Assembly: GCA_008369845.1 (NCBI GenBank)
Contig: MRSU01001727.1
Span: 1 to 42,040, forward strand
Reading direction: 5' to 3'
Source: Trichomonas gallinae
Lineage: Eukaryota
Length of the DNA: 42,040 bases
Shown in pieces: positions 12,140-21,488 of this stretch. The notes beneath the pieces were generated by a model. That model saw only the letters and a list, made by a program, of their open reading frames with translations, ran no database searches and had not been told where the DNA came from. The translations under genes and the position numbers were made by a program. Numbering within the stretch: position 1 is the first letter of the stretch; each line of letters begins with the position of its first letter.

Positions 12140-12583
12140 GGTAACAAAAATAATTTATTGGCAAAATTCTTCAGTTTTGTGAGAATTATGTATTTCAATA
12201 TACACTCACAAATTATATTGAGAAGTTTATGATTTTACTAAATTATTATAGCATAATATTATTTTGTACATATATCGGAGTCGTTGAAAATTAAATTCCT
12301 TTTTCCCAAATTTTATCATTATATTTTTAATGGTGTAAAATCAATATGAATTGCTATAAAGATTTTCGTAAATGATTTAATCTTCAATCAAATAATTTTC
12401 TGAAGGGTGACTGGTGTGGAGAATCAAGAAATCGACTGATAGAATATATCAGATCCTGTCAATAAACGTATGATTGACACAGAATTGCAAATTATTGAAG
12501 AGCCTCTGAAAAGCTATCTAACAAAAGTGGTTTTTCTTAGATAATGTAAATTTATTTTTGTCGTGTAAACTATTTTACATTGT

Positions 12584-12912
12584 AAAAAAATCATTATAAG
12601 ATATACTTCATTCAGCTCATAACAGATTGCAGCTTATAACTTATGTGATGCCATACTTTGAGATTAACACTTGAATATCACTTGAAATGAAGGAAAAAAA
12701 TTGATTCAAAAAATTTACTTCATTTTGCTCATAAGAGATTGTTGCCCAAGACTTACATGATTCCATATTTCAAGATTTACACTTGAATACCATTTGAAAT
12801 GAGGGAAAAAATCATTCTAAAAATATACTTCATTTACGTCAGAACAGATGGTTGCATAGGACTTATGTGATGCAACACTTTGAGATTTACACTTGAATAC
12901 CATTTGAAATGA
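12584..12912. repeat. Degenerate ~111-bp tandem repeat, 3 copies
   Basis: acacttgaata at 12667, 12779 and 12889; each unit shares tacttcatt, acttatgtgatgc-like and ttgaaatga blocks. Confidence 0.9.
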
Positions 12913-13357
12913 GAGCGCAAATTTAGCTTCCTAATTAACTTCAGATTTTAGATGAATAACATTCATATTACATAGATATGTAGTCATATATTTGGAATTT
13001 AGCGGTAACATGATATAAAATCACAAAAATCTTATGAGATAAAAATTATTGGTCGAATTTCATTGATTTGATATCCTTTAAATCTCCTCAATGTTTTGAA
13101 ACTGATGTTAAATGGATGAATAACACATAACAATCAATCCAGCTTCAAATAAGATCTTAAACAAAAATATTGATTAGTCCAATACGAGCGAGTATTAAAA
13201 AAAAAACTGCTACTATATAATTAGACAGAAAGACAAATAATACTATATTAGGAACACTTGATATTAGAAGTTCAAAGGTTTTCAATTTTCCTGACATATC
13301 TCAATTTATTGGATTGTATATCAGTGAGCATCGTCTGGGAGCATTTTAAAATCTAGT

Positions 13358-13738
13358 TTACAAAAATGCTGTATTTTGACCAAAAGTGTTAGTATCTTGT
13401 TTTTGTGTTGTATTTTGGTTATATCCTGGAGCTGTTTCAGTTGATTCATTATCTGCAGAAGGTGCTGGCTTTGGTTCGGCATTTTGTTTCCATTCATTTT
13501 TTGGAGATCTAATTTTTTCAATTTCTTCAGTCATTTTTCGTGCGGATTATTGAGCTCTATCATAACTACAGTAATTACCTCTGAGAAATCGTTGGAACAA
13601 TTCATATATCGTTTTATCATCCATGCCGATTTTCCAATCTTGGCTCATTTTCTCTGCCATTTTGCTCGCTGTTGCATATGCAACATAGTTTCCGCGAATA
13701 TTTTTGATCAAAAAATCATACATCCACTCAGAAAGCAT
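13358..13738 (-). pseudogene. Paralogue of the 18164-18601 gene with an in-frame TAA
   Basis: IRGNYVAYATAS...LRGNYCSYDRAQ*SARKMTEEIEK aligns with VRGSYVSYATAS...LRGSYCSYDRAEVAAGLMARDIDE. TAA at 13547-13549; the frame stays open to TAA at 13358-13360. Confidence 0.75.
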
Positions 13739-14311
13739 CTAAAATAATTTTTGAAAAACTGCAGTCAAAAATTTTCAAAAATTCAATTCAAGTCAAGATT
13801 TTAAAAGTAAAAAAAAAGAAGAAGAAGAAAATAACTGATTAAATAACGAAATTACTACTCGAACATAGGATGATTTCAATTAACGATGTGCGAATTTGCG
13901 TTTTGCTGGTATCTTCGCGAGTGATGAATCGAGCACGAAAAGTGAAGCTCTAAAGATGCCATACAATTCCATACAGATATTTCAAATATATATATATTAT
14001 ATAATTATGGTTAATATTTGAGCTTTTAAAAGTGAATATCCGGCATTTTATAAATTCAAGAGAAGTCAAAGAACGACTTTTTGCATTTTCGTTTAAACAT
14101 TTACAAAAATATAGAAATAATTGTTAGAAATCATTTCATAATGATTTTGAGTCTTAAAAAATGTTTTTCATTTTTTGAGAATTATAATTTGTTATTTCGA
14201 CCATTAAAGTCGTATTTTTATGGTTATAATGAAAAACAAAATTAGATACGGACTTCTGTTGTACATGGAAACGAAATAAATACATGTTTTAAATAAACAA
14301 CAAAAATAAAA

Positions 14312-17300
14312 TTAAAATTGAATATAACGAGTCTCATTGCCTAATGGCGAAAATCTTGTCATGCGCTTCCATTCAAGCATTGTCATAACTGATATATCTG
14401 TTTCCATGTCATCGAGTCTCATCAATGGTCCGTATTTCAAATCATTGTAATATTCATAGCCAACTAGCAAAACGTTCAAAACATCTGATGAAACACAGTT
14501 GACTGTAGCATTTGGAGACTTTGGTACATAAGAGGACATGGCGCCTAGCTGAGTGATCATTTTAGCACACCATGGTCTTGACTGTCCCAAATTGTTGATA
14601 ACCTTCATCAGCCTTGGGAACAGACGATCATAGCCGTACCACATTGACTTATACAGGCATAAAATGTAGTCGCATAGCAAAATTTCTGTCTTAAGCTCGT
14701 CTTCTATCTTAGATAAATCTTCGGTTTCGAACAATTTGACTAAACTATCCAAAAGACAAAAATCGAATTCTATTTTCTGTATCTCGGGAATAATAAAATC
14801 GAGAGCAATTTTTGCTGCTTCAGATACATCTCTCTTTGACAGCAATTTCTTTATCTGGCTCTCAATTGAGTCATCAGAAGGAATTTCTATTCCAAGATCA
14901 TTCATTGCTTTTTCTCTTTCTTCGTCTGTCTCAAACTTTATTGTATTGAAAACAAGGTTGAGAACTTTCTTCGGGAAACTCTTCAGTGCATCATACTGTA
15001 TTCCGCGGTTGATTACTAATAAAGCAAACTCTGTTGTTACTACATCGACTGGCATTTCAAACATTTTGTTCAAATACATGGCAGCGATTAATTCTCCGCA
15101 GTTAAACAGCTGAAGAATTGCCGACTCAACGTCACCAACTGATAAAAGATCGGCAGCAGCCAGGTAGAGCTTTCCAGCTTTGAGGTCATTCATCGAGCGC
15201 TTGTATCCAATCTGTCTTTCTCTAAGTCTGTCTTCTTCAGTAAAAGTGAACTCAAATGGAAGTTTAACTGTGCTAGTTTGTTTGACTTCATTCTGGACAA
15301 TTTTCTGTTTGAAGCAGCCTTGTTCTCCAGCACAAGAAACAAGCATTGCATCTTGCAAGTCGCCTGATTCTGCAAGAGAGTTGACTGCTTCGTGCGTTTT
15401 ACCTGAAGCGAGCAAATAAGCCAATTTCAGCTTCGGATTTTCTTCCATTTCTGCCGACTTTGAAATGAGATCTGCCCAGAATTCGGCAGAAACAGCCGGG
15501 GCCGCCATCAAAGCCTTCGATCTTTCACCAGCCTCAAACATTAATTCGCAGTATTTCTTTATGTCGCCGCAATGCAGTGAAATTTTTGCTGCTTGCACGA
15601 GTCTTTCTCTTTGCTTGATCGCCTGCTTGATTCTGTTTCCTTCTGTCGGTGATGTTGCTGTTAGTTTTTTGATAAGCCTCGAACTGATTCTCACGACATC
15701 GTTTATGTGGATTACATCACTTGGAGCAAATGTCAGCTGGCCTTCAGCAGTTCTCGCGACTCTTCTTGACAATTTCTCGAGATCATTGGCGCCATCATAT
15801 GGCCTCAAAAACAATTTCTCGCCTTTGATGACAGAGTTGATGAGTTTTGTCGTGAAAAGTCTGTCAATTGACCATTGTTTGATCATTGTGTCTGTTCCTG
15901 ACGTCATCAATAAATATGGGTTGACAGGCGAGAAGGCTAGACCGTAGATATAAGCAACGTGCGCGTAATAAACGACTAGTTCCTTTTTCGCGACAATGTC
16001 GCAAATGGCGACTCTCCCATCATATCCTGTGCTTGCGACAATTTCTGGGAATGACGGGTGAAAAGCGAAAGCGCGTGCGATAGCGTTATGCTTGTGAGCT
16101 ACCCATGTCACATAGTCGGTCTTCGAGATATCCAAGATTACCGATTCTCCGCTGTCAGCGACGCAGCCGAGTATATATGGAGAGTGTGGCGACCAATCGA
16201 TGGAATAAAGCCTGAAGCAGCCAATGTAATACCTCCTCGGCGCGCTTTGATAGTCTTGATATATATCTACGAAGCCTGCGTTGTTGCTTACGGCGAATCC
16301 GGCCTTTTCTTTGCTGTGAGGATTGAAGCAGCAGCCAACAACAGTCGCGGTTGAATCAGTTATTGTTTTCAGGACTGTTCTGTCTTTCATGTTGTAGAGA
16401 AAAACGCCACTCTCAAGCGTGCCAATCAGCAGAAGGTTTGGCTCTACGGCTGAAACCGATAAATGAACGATTTTTCCTTTGGCAATTTTTTCTTGCCACA
16501 TTAATTGCATCGATTTGTTGGAAAACACAGCGATAAGGCAATTATATCCGCAGATTACGTAGCCACCGCCTGGGGTTAAGGCCATTGAGTAGATATGACC
16601 TAAATCGTTTTGAGGAAGAATTCTGTCTAATAAATTCATATTTCTTGCGTCCCATGTGCATACTGCACCTTCAGCGCCGCAGCTTATCACGTAATTTGGC
16701 TCTGAAGGATGAAATTCTAATTTAAAGATCGTATTTCTATGAGCTGCATTCGTTTTCCATATGAATTTGCGTGCACTCATGTCGTAAACAGAGATCATGC
16801 CGTCTGAAAATGCACATAAAACGCGATTATCTTTTAATCTTTGTAAAGCAATGAAACCGAGAGGATGCACACTAAAAGATTCAATTGGTGATGTTGAAGA
16901 ACTGTTCCACATCCTAATTATGCCTGTCTGAGAATCTCCAGTGATAAAATGGCCAGGAGGATCAGTAATCCAGCAGCAAGCACCGAATTCGGAGATTGCT
17001 TTAGAGTTCTGATTCATTAGAATCAGTTTTCCTTCGATATCGAATAGAGCCCAATAACCTTCTCTCCAAATAATCACAATTGCCCCGCTTTGAGGGTCTG
17101 AGTCAACGGCGCAGACCTTCGTTGTGCTTATTTTAGTTTCTTTGTATTCCGTAACTTTGCCTTTTACGTAGTCGAATAGCGAAACATTTCCTAAATCATT
17201 TCCTCCAACGAAATATGGCCCATTTTTGTCTGTTGATGCTATTGTTCTGATATTTGGAAATCTTCCTGTTATCTTTCTGAGTGTTGCTCCTTCATCAAAA

Positions 17301-17686
17301 TTCATTGTGTATAAATAATCGAATGTTTTTGAAAATCCAACTAAAATATTATTGTATGGAGCCCAGCATAAGCCAACCAAGTGCTCTGCTGTTGTATATG
17401 CGCCGAGTAATGTATTATTGACGACATCAATGATTTGAAGTGTGCAATCTTGATAAGATATAGCTAAAATATCTGGTTTTTTGTTGCATAAAGCAAGTGT
17501 TGAGACTGTTGTTGAATTCGGAATGATCATATTTACGATTTTTAGAGTTTTTTGTTCGATGATATAAACGGAGAGAAAAGCTGAATAAGCAAAATATTTA
17601 GAGTTTTGGCATGTGACTGAGCAGTAGGAAGGTTGGACACCGGCATTGACAACGTGCGTTAGCAAAATGCCGTTTGTTTCCCACAT
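14312..17686 (-). CDS. WDR17: WD40-repeat protein, WDR17 homologue
   Basis: Many WD repeats; the N-terminal AGVQP..FAYSAFLSVYI and C-terminal W..MTRFSPLGNETRYIQF resemble the WDR17 termini (AGCQPW..FAYCATLAIYI; FSPLGTG.R.NPF). Confidence 0.8.
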   Translation of the reverse strand: MWETNGILLTHVVNAGVQPSYCSVTCQNSKYFAYSAFLSVYIIEQKTLKIVNMIIPNSTTVSTLALCNKKPDILAISYQDCTLQIIDVVNNTLLGAYTTAEHLVGLCWAPYNNILVGFSKTFDYLYTMNFDEGATLRKITGRFPNIRTIASTDKNGPYFVGGNDLGNVSLFDYVKGKVTEYKETKISTTKVCAVDSDPQSGAIVIIWREGYWALFDIEGKLILMNQNSKAISEFGACCWITDPPGHFITGDSQTGIIRMWNSSSTSPIESFSVHPLGFIALQRLKDNRVLCAFSDGMISVYDMSARKFIWKTNAAHRNTIFKLEFHPSEPNYVISCGAEGAVCTWDARNMNLLDRILPQNDLGHIYSMALTPGGGYVICGYNCLIAVFSNKSMQLMWQEKIAKGKIVHLSVSAVEPNLLLIGTLESGVFLYNMKDRTVLKTITDSTATVVGCCFNPHSKEKAGFAVSNNAGFVDIYQDYQSAPRRYYIGCFRLYSIDWSPHSPYILGCVADSGESVILDISKTDYVTWVAHKHNAIARAFAFHPSFPEIVASTGYDGRVAICDIVAKKELVVYYAHVAYIYGLAFSPVNPYLLMTSGTDTMIKQWSIDRLFTTKLINSVIKGEKLFLRPYDGANDLEKLSRRVARTAEGQLTFAPSDVIHINDVVRISSRLIKKLTATSPTEGNRIKQAIKQRERLVQAAKISLHCGDIKKYCELMFEAGERSKALMAAPAVSAEFWADLISKSAEMEENPKLKLAYLLASGKTHEAVNSLAESGDLQDAMLVSCAGEQGCFKQKIVQNEVKQTSTVKLPFEFTFTEEDRLRERQIGYKRSMNDLKAGKLYLAAADLLSVGDVESAILQLFNCGELIAAMYLNKMFEMPVDVVTTEFALLVINRGIQYDALKSFPKKVLNLVFNTIKFETDEEREKAMNDLGIEIPSDDSIESQIKKLLSKRDVSEAAKIALDFIIPEIQKIEFDFCLLDSLVKLFETEDLSKIEDELKTEILLCDYILCLYKSMWYGYDRLFPRLMKVINNLGQSRPWCAKMITQLGAMSSYVPKSPNATVNCVSSDVLNVLLVGYEYYNDLKYGPLMRLDDMETDISVMTMLEWKRMTRFSPLGNETRYIQF

Positions 17687-18163
17687 TCCTTAAAAAAAAA
17701 TAGATTTTGAGAATATTCGCGAAAACGAACTTTTTACAAGGTTTTGCTGCAACATTTCAACTAAAAAAGATATTTTTGTTTTACAATTTCATTTTGTCAT
17801 GTAAATAATGGAAAATGTCATGTAAAATTTATTTTCTGTCTTGTAAAGTTGATTTTTTAATCATTACAAAATATTTTTTTCATCAATAAAATGACTAAAT
17901 CTTCCTCTTATAATTAAATACAACATGAGATGACACCTCCAAAGCTGGTTGGCTCTCTGGGAAAACTATTTGAAAGCTCTCATTCATGTATGCATATATC
18001 TAAGTAAATAATTACAATAACATTTTGTCGTTTTGCATCATAAACACTTATTTTGTCAAAAATATTTTTTGGATATCTTCGCAGCTATTATATAAATATA
18101 AGAAAGAAAAAATAAATTAACCCGCATGTATTTATTAGATTTTGATATGAATAAACAAATTGA

Positions 18164-18601
18164 TCAATATTTGTTGTTCCAGAGAGGATTGCTACAACTT
18201 AACTTTTTCTTATCTGTAATAATATCAATTTGTTTTCCACTTACTGTAGTCTGTGTAGATGCATCTGCATATAATTTGGTAGAAACAACATTTGATTCTG
18301 GTTTTTGACTATTTTCCGCTTTGCTATTTTGTGACTGAATATCATTGAAGAGATTTTCTTCTTTTGAAAGTTTTGTTTTTCGTTCATCTATGTCTCTGGC
18401 CATTAATCCAGCAGCTACTTCTGCACGATCATAACTGCAATAGCTGCCCCTAAGATATTTGCAAAACATATCGTATGCAAAATTTGAATCAATTCCAAAT
18501 GCTTTCGTCATCTTGGAAGCTGCTCCAGAGGCAGTAGCGTATGAAACATAACTTCCACGTACAGTATGGCATAAAAAACAATATATCTCACTGCAAGACA
18601 T
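18164..18601 (-). CDS. Small hypothetical protein with a duplicated RGSYxSYxxA motif (145 aa)
   Basis: Intact ORF with Inr-like TCATT/TCACT just upstream; paralogue at 13358-13738. Confidence 0.75.
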   Translation of the reverse strand: MSCSEIYCFLCHTVRGSYVSYATASGAASKMTKAFGIDSNFAYDMFCKYLRGSYCSYDRAEVAAGLMARDIDERKTKLSKEENLFNDIQSQNSKAENSQKPESNVVSTKLYADASTQTTVSGKQIDIITDKKKLSCSNPLWNNKY

Positions 18602-18996
18602 AAAATGAAGTGATGATATTGATTACATTTTTGAATCAACATCGAAGTCAAAAATTGAAAATTGACAAACATTTGGAAATCTAGCATGAATATAGAATAG
18701 TAAAATGTGATTTAATCAATTTATGTTCATAATCTTAGAAGTGTTTGTCAAAGAAATATATATTATTCCGTTTTAAAAGTGATTCCATGCATTACACTCC
18801 GGTTTTAGAAGTTTAGTGCAAGCAGAATTTTCCGATTAATGATTTACCCGTTTTGGAAGCAGATTTCCTATTGTTATTATATAATATGACGAGATATTTA
18901 ATGTCCAATATATCAATAACAATAATTTAAATTTCAGATAATATAAACAAATATTTTAATATAAAACAAGTATATATATATATATGTATATAAACA

Positions 18997-20094
18997 TTAT
19001 ATTGCGTAACCACTCTTCTTCTTCGTTGAGAATCTGAGCTGGTGCTTCACTGATGCGAGTTCTTTCTTCAATGCATTATTTTCAGCTCTGGCCCTCTCAA
19101 GCTGGGCCTCCCTGTCTGCAAGGATGCTCTGCATGTCATTCCTCTTTGACGACATCTGCTCAAGCCTTGTTCGTTCCATTTCGAGATTCTGAATATCAGT
19201 TGAAGGTCGGACTAAGTTCATCGAGTCTATCTCTCTCATTGTTTCGTGTAGCTGGTGCTCGTTGCTCTGTTCGAGCTTGTGGGCTGCCCTCCTGAGAATC
19301 TGCGCGCGCTTTACTGCTTCAGAAAGGTGGCCGTTCAACATCAACAGTTTGTGCTGATGCTGTTGATCGAGTTTTATCATCTCTTTATTGTAAACTTTGT
19401 CCATGTGTTCCAAAGCCTTCCTTCTGTCTGTTACTGCTCTCGCGTGCTCTTTCTCCATATCTTCGAGCTGAGAAACGATCTCCATAAGTTTTTCTTTCGA
19501 TGATCTTAGATTTTCTGCTCTTTCTTCGTTTTTGCGTTGTACAGCACTGCGTAATTCTATAATTAGATTGTTATTCAAGCATAAAGCATGGTCTTCTGCT
19601 TCACGATCGACAGGATTATATCTTTTATTCTTTCTAGAAAGAGTTGTAGCATTGATACTTATTTGAGTGCGAAGATTTTCTATTTGCTTGTCGATTTCTT
19701 CCAAATTCTTTTGCATCTGGAAGCTTGATTGATTATTAAATTGCTGTAGTTTTGTATTGAACACTTCTTGAAGTTGATCTATTTCATCTGCCTGTTTCTG
19801 ACGAAGGCTCTGTAAGAAATTGTGATGATTATAGTTCATTTCAGATATTTGAATTCCATGATTTGCTCTTTTCCTTTTAACTTCGCCGCTTTTGATTTCA
19901 TTGATTTCATCGATTGATCTTTCGATCTTACTTAGCTCTTTTTCCCTTCTAACGATTTCAGCTTTGTATTCGTTTAACTGTTCAGAAAGTCTTTGAATAT
20001 CATCATCCGCAAGACTTATTTGCTGTTGGATCCTGAATTGGATCTTCTTCACGTGTCTATCGAGCGTAAATAGTCGTTTTGTATCACCGCTCAT
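18997..20094 (-). CDS. Hypothetical coiled-coil protein
   Basis: Long E/K/Q/R-rich heptad ORF; ATG at 20094 preceded by Inr-like TCACT. Confidence 0.8.
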   Translation of the reverse strand: MSGDTKRLFTLDRHVKKIQFRIQQQISLADDDIQRLSEQLNEYKAEIVRREKELSKIERSIDEINEIKSGEVKRKRANHGIQISEMNYNHHNFLQSLRQKQADEIDQLQEVFNTKLQQFNNQSSFQMQKNLEEIDKQIENLRTQISINATTLSRKNKRYNPVDREAEDHALCLNNNLIIELRSAVQRKNEERAENLRSSKEKLMEIVSQLEDMEKEHARAVTDRRKALEHMDKVYNKEMIKLDQQHQHKLLMLNGHLSEAVKRAQILRRAAHKLEQSNEHQLHETMREIDSMNLVRPSTDIQNLEMERTRLEQMSSKRNDMQSILADREAQLERARAENNALKKELASVKHQLRFSTKKKSGYAI

Positions 20095-20411
20095 TTCAGT
20101 TTTAAAATTAAAAAGTGACTTCAAATATTTGACAATTAATTTTTATTTTGACAAGTAAAATAAATTTAAACATTCAAAACCGTCAAAAATCAATCATTTT
20201 TGACATATAAATTATTGTCAATAAATTTTATTTTGTCATGTAAATATATTTTAAACATTCGAATATGTCAGAAATTAGTCATTTTTGACAAATAAAATTT
20301 AATCGTTTTTGACAAATAAAGTTTATTTTCAAAACGTAATATATAATTTTGACGCATAAAATGTGAAATTTGACATGTAAGTACGATTTTTTGCCAATTT
20401 TTATTTTAAAA

Positions 20412-21362
20412 ATGAAAGATACTAAAAAAACAGTTATTGACAATGAGCTCCATAAGCTTATTACATCTCTCGAGTCATGCATACCGAGGATGAACAAATA
20501 TTCAACAACTTTCGATAATTTCCAGACCGCAATGCAAAATCTTGTTTTTTCTGATATGCCAGAATACAGAAGCTGTTTTGTGAGGATTTGTGAAATCTAT
20601 GGTTACATATCCGAAGTTTACAACTCTTTCGCAAACAAGTTCAATCGAGCGCTCGAAGATTTGCGCGATATAAATTGTCGATTTGCAGTATTAGTGCGCG
20701 TTAGGGCTGAAAGAAACGAAGCATACACACAATTCCTCAAAGATTTCAAAAACGCGCATTTTGCCAAACTTCACTACAAGCCAACTGACTCTTTCTACAT
20801 CGAAATGATTAAGAACGAAAAGGACTCGGCTCAGCAATTATACAACCTCGACAAATTACTCTACGAAACGCAAAGAAAATTTAGAAAATTCCAAAGACGT
20901 CGAATTCAATCCGCATTATTACGGTTCAGTCGTGCTCTTATGGAACTAGGTACATATGAAGCATCTGTTTATAGCAACCTTGCAGATATGTATAAAACAT
21001 TATCTGAACATCCTGCGAATGGAGAACTATGTTTACAGAGCTGTGATACTGAATTTATTTATCAGGAGACACTTATAATTCTAAAACAATCAATGGATTT
21101 ATATAATTTCAATCAAACAAAGAAATCAGAGCAAACAGCAATCCAACCAGTTTTACCTGTCTCAAAGTCACAAACAAACTTAATTTTGGAAGAAACACCT
21201 AAAAATGAGAATGAACCAATTAATTTATTGGCCGATCCAAATGCTGATATTGAAGAGTTTGTTGCTGTCAAAAAGACAAATCGTAGAACAGTTAAACTTG
21301 TTCAAAGAGCTCAATCACAACAAATCATCAACACAATCGACAGTCCAATGGAATCCAATTAA
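20412..21362 (+). CDS. Hypothetical protein, possibly BAR-like helical bundle
   Basis: Intact ORF from ATG 20412; ~200-aa helical region (KFRKFQRRRIQSALLRFSRALMEL recalls BAR helix 3) followed by a disordered tail. Confidence 0.6.
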   Translation: MKDTKKTVIDNELHKLITSLESCIPRMNKYSTTFDNFQTAMQNLVFSDMPEYRSCFVRICEIYGYISEVYNSFANKFNRALEDLRDINCRFAVLVRVRAERNEAYTQFLKDFKNAHFAKLHYKPTDSFYIEMIKNEKDSAQQLYNLDKLLYETQRKFRKFQRRRIQSALLRFSRALMELGTYEASVYSNLADMYKTLSEHPANGELCLQSCDTEFIYQETLIILKQSMDLYNFNQTKKSEQTAIQPVLPVSKSQTNLILEETPKNENEPINLLADPNADIEEFVAVKKTNRRTVKLVQRAQSQQIINTIDSPMESN

Positions 21363-21488
21363 TATTTGTTTAAATTAATTTTTCTTTATAGTTTCAATGA
21401 TTTGCTATGTTTGTATGGAATAAATTGTAAAAATTGTAAATAAAAACATATATTTTACAAGTATAAACAAATATAATTGCAAAAAAGC

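Noticed and set aside
12584..12912. CRISPR-like array
   Set aside because: Whole units are homologous, there are no unique spacers, and no cas genes are present
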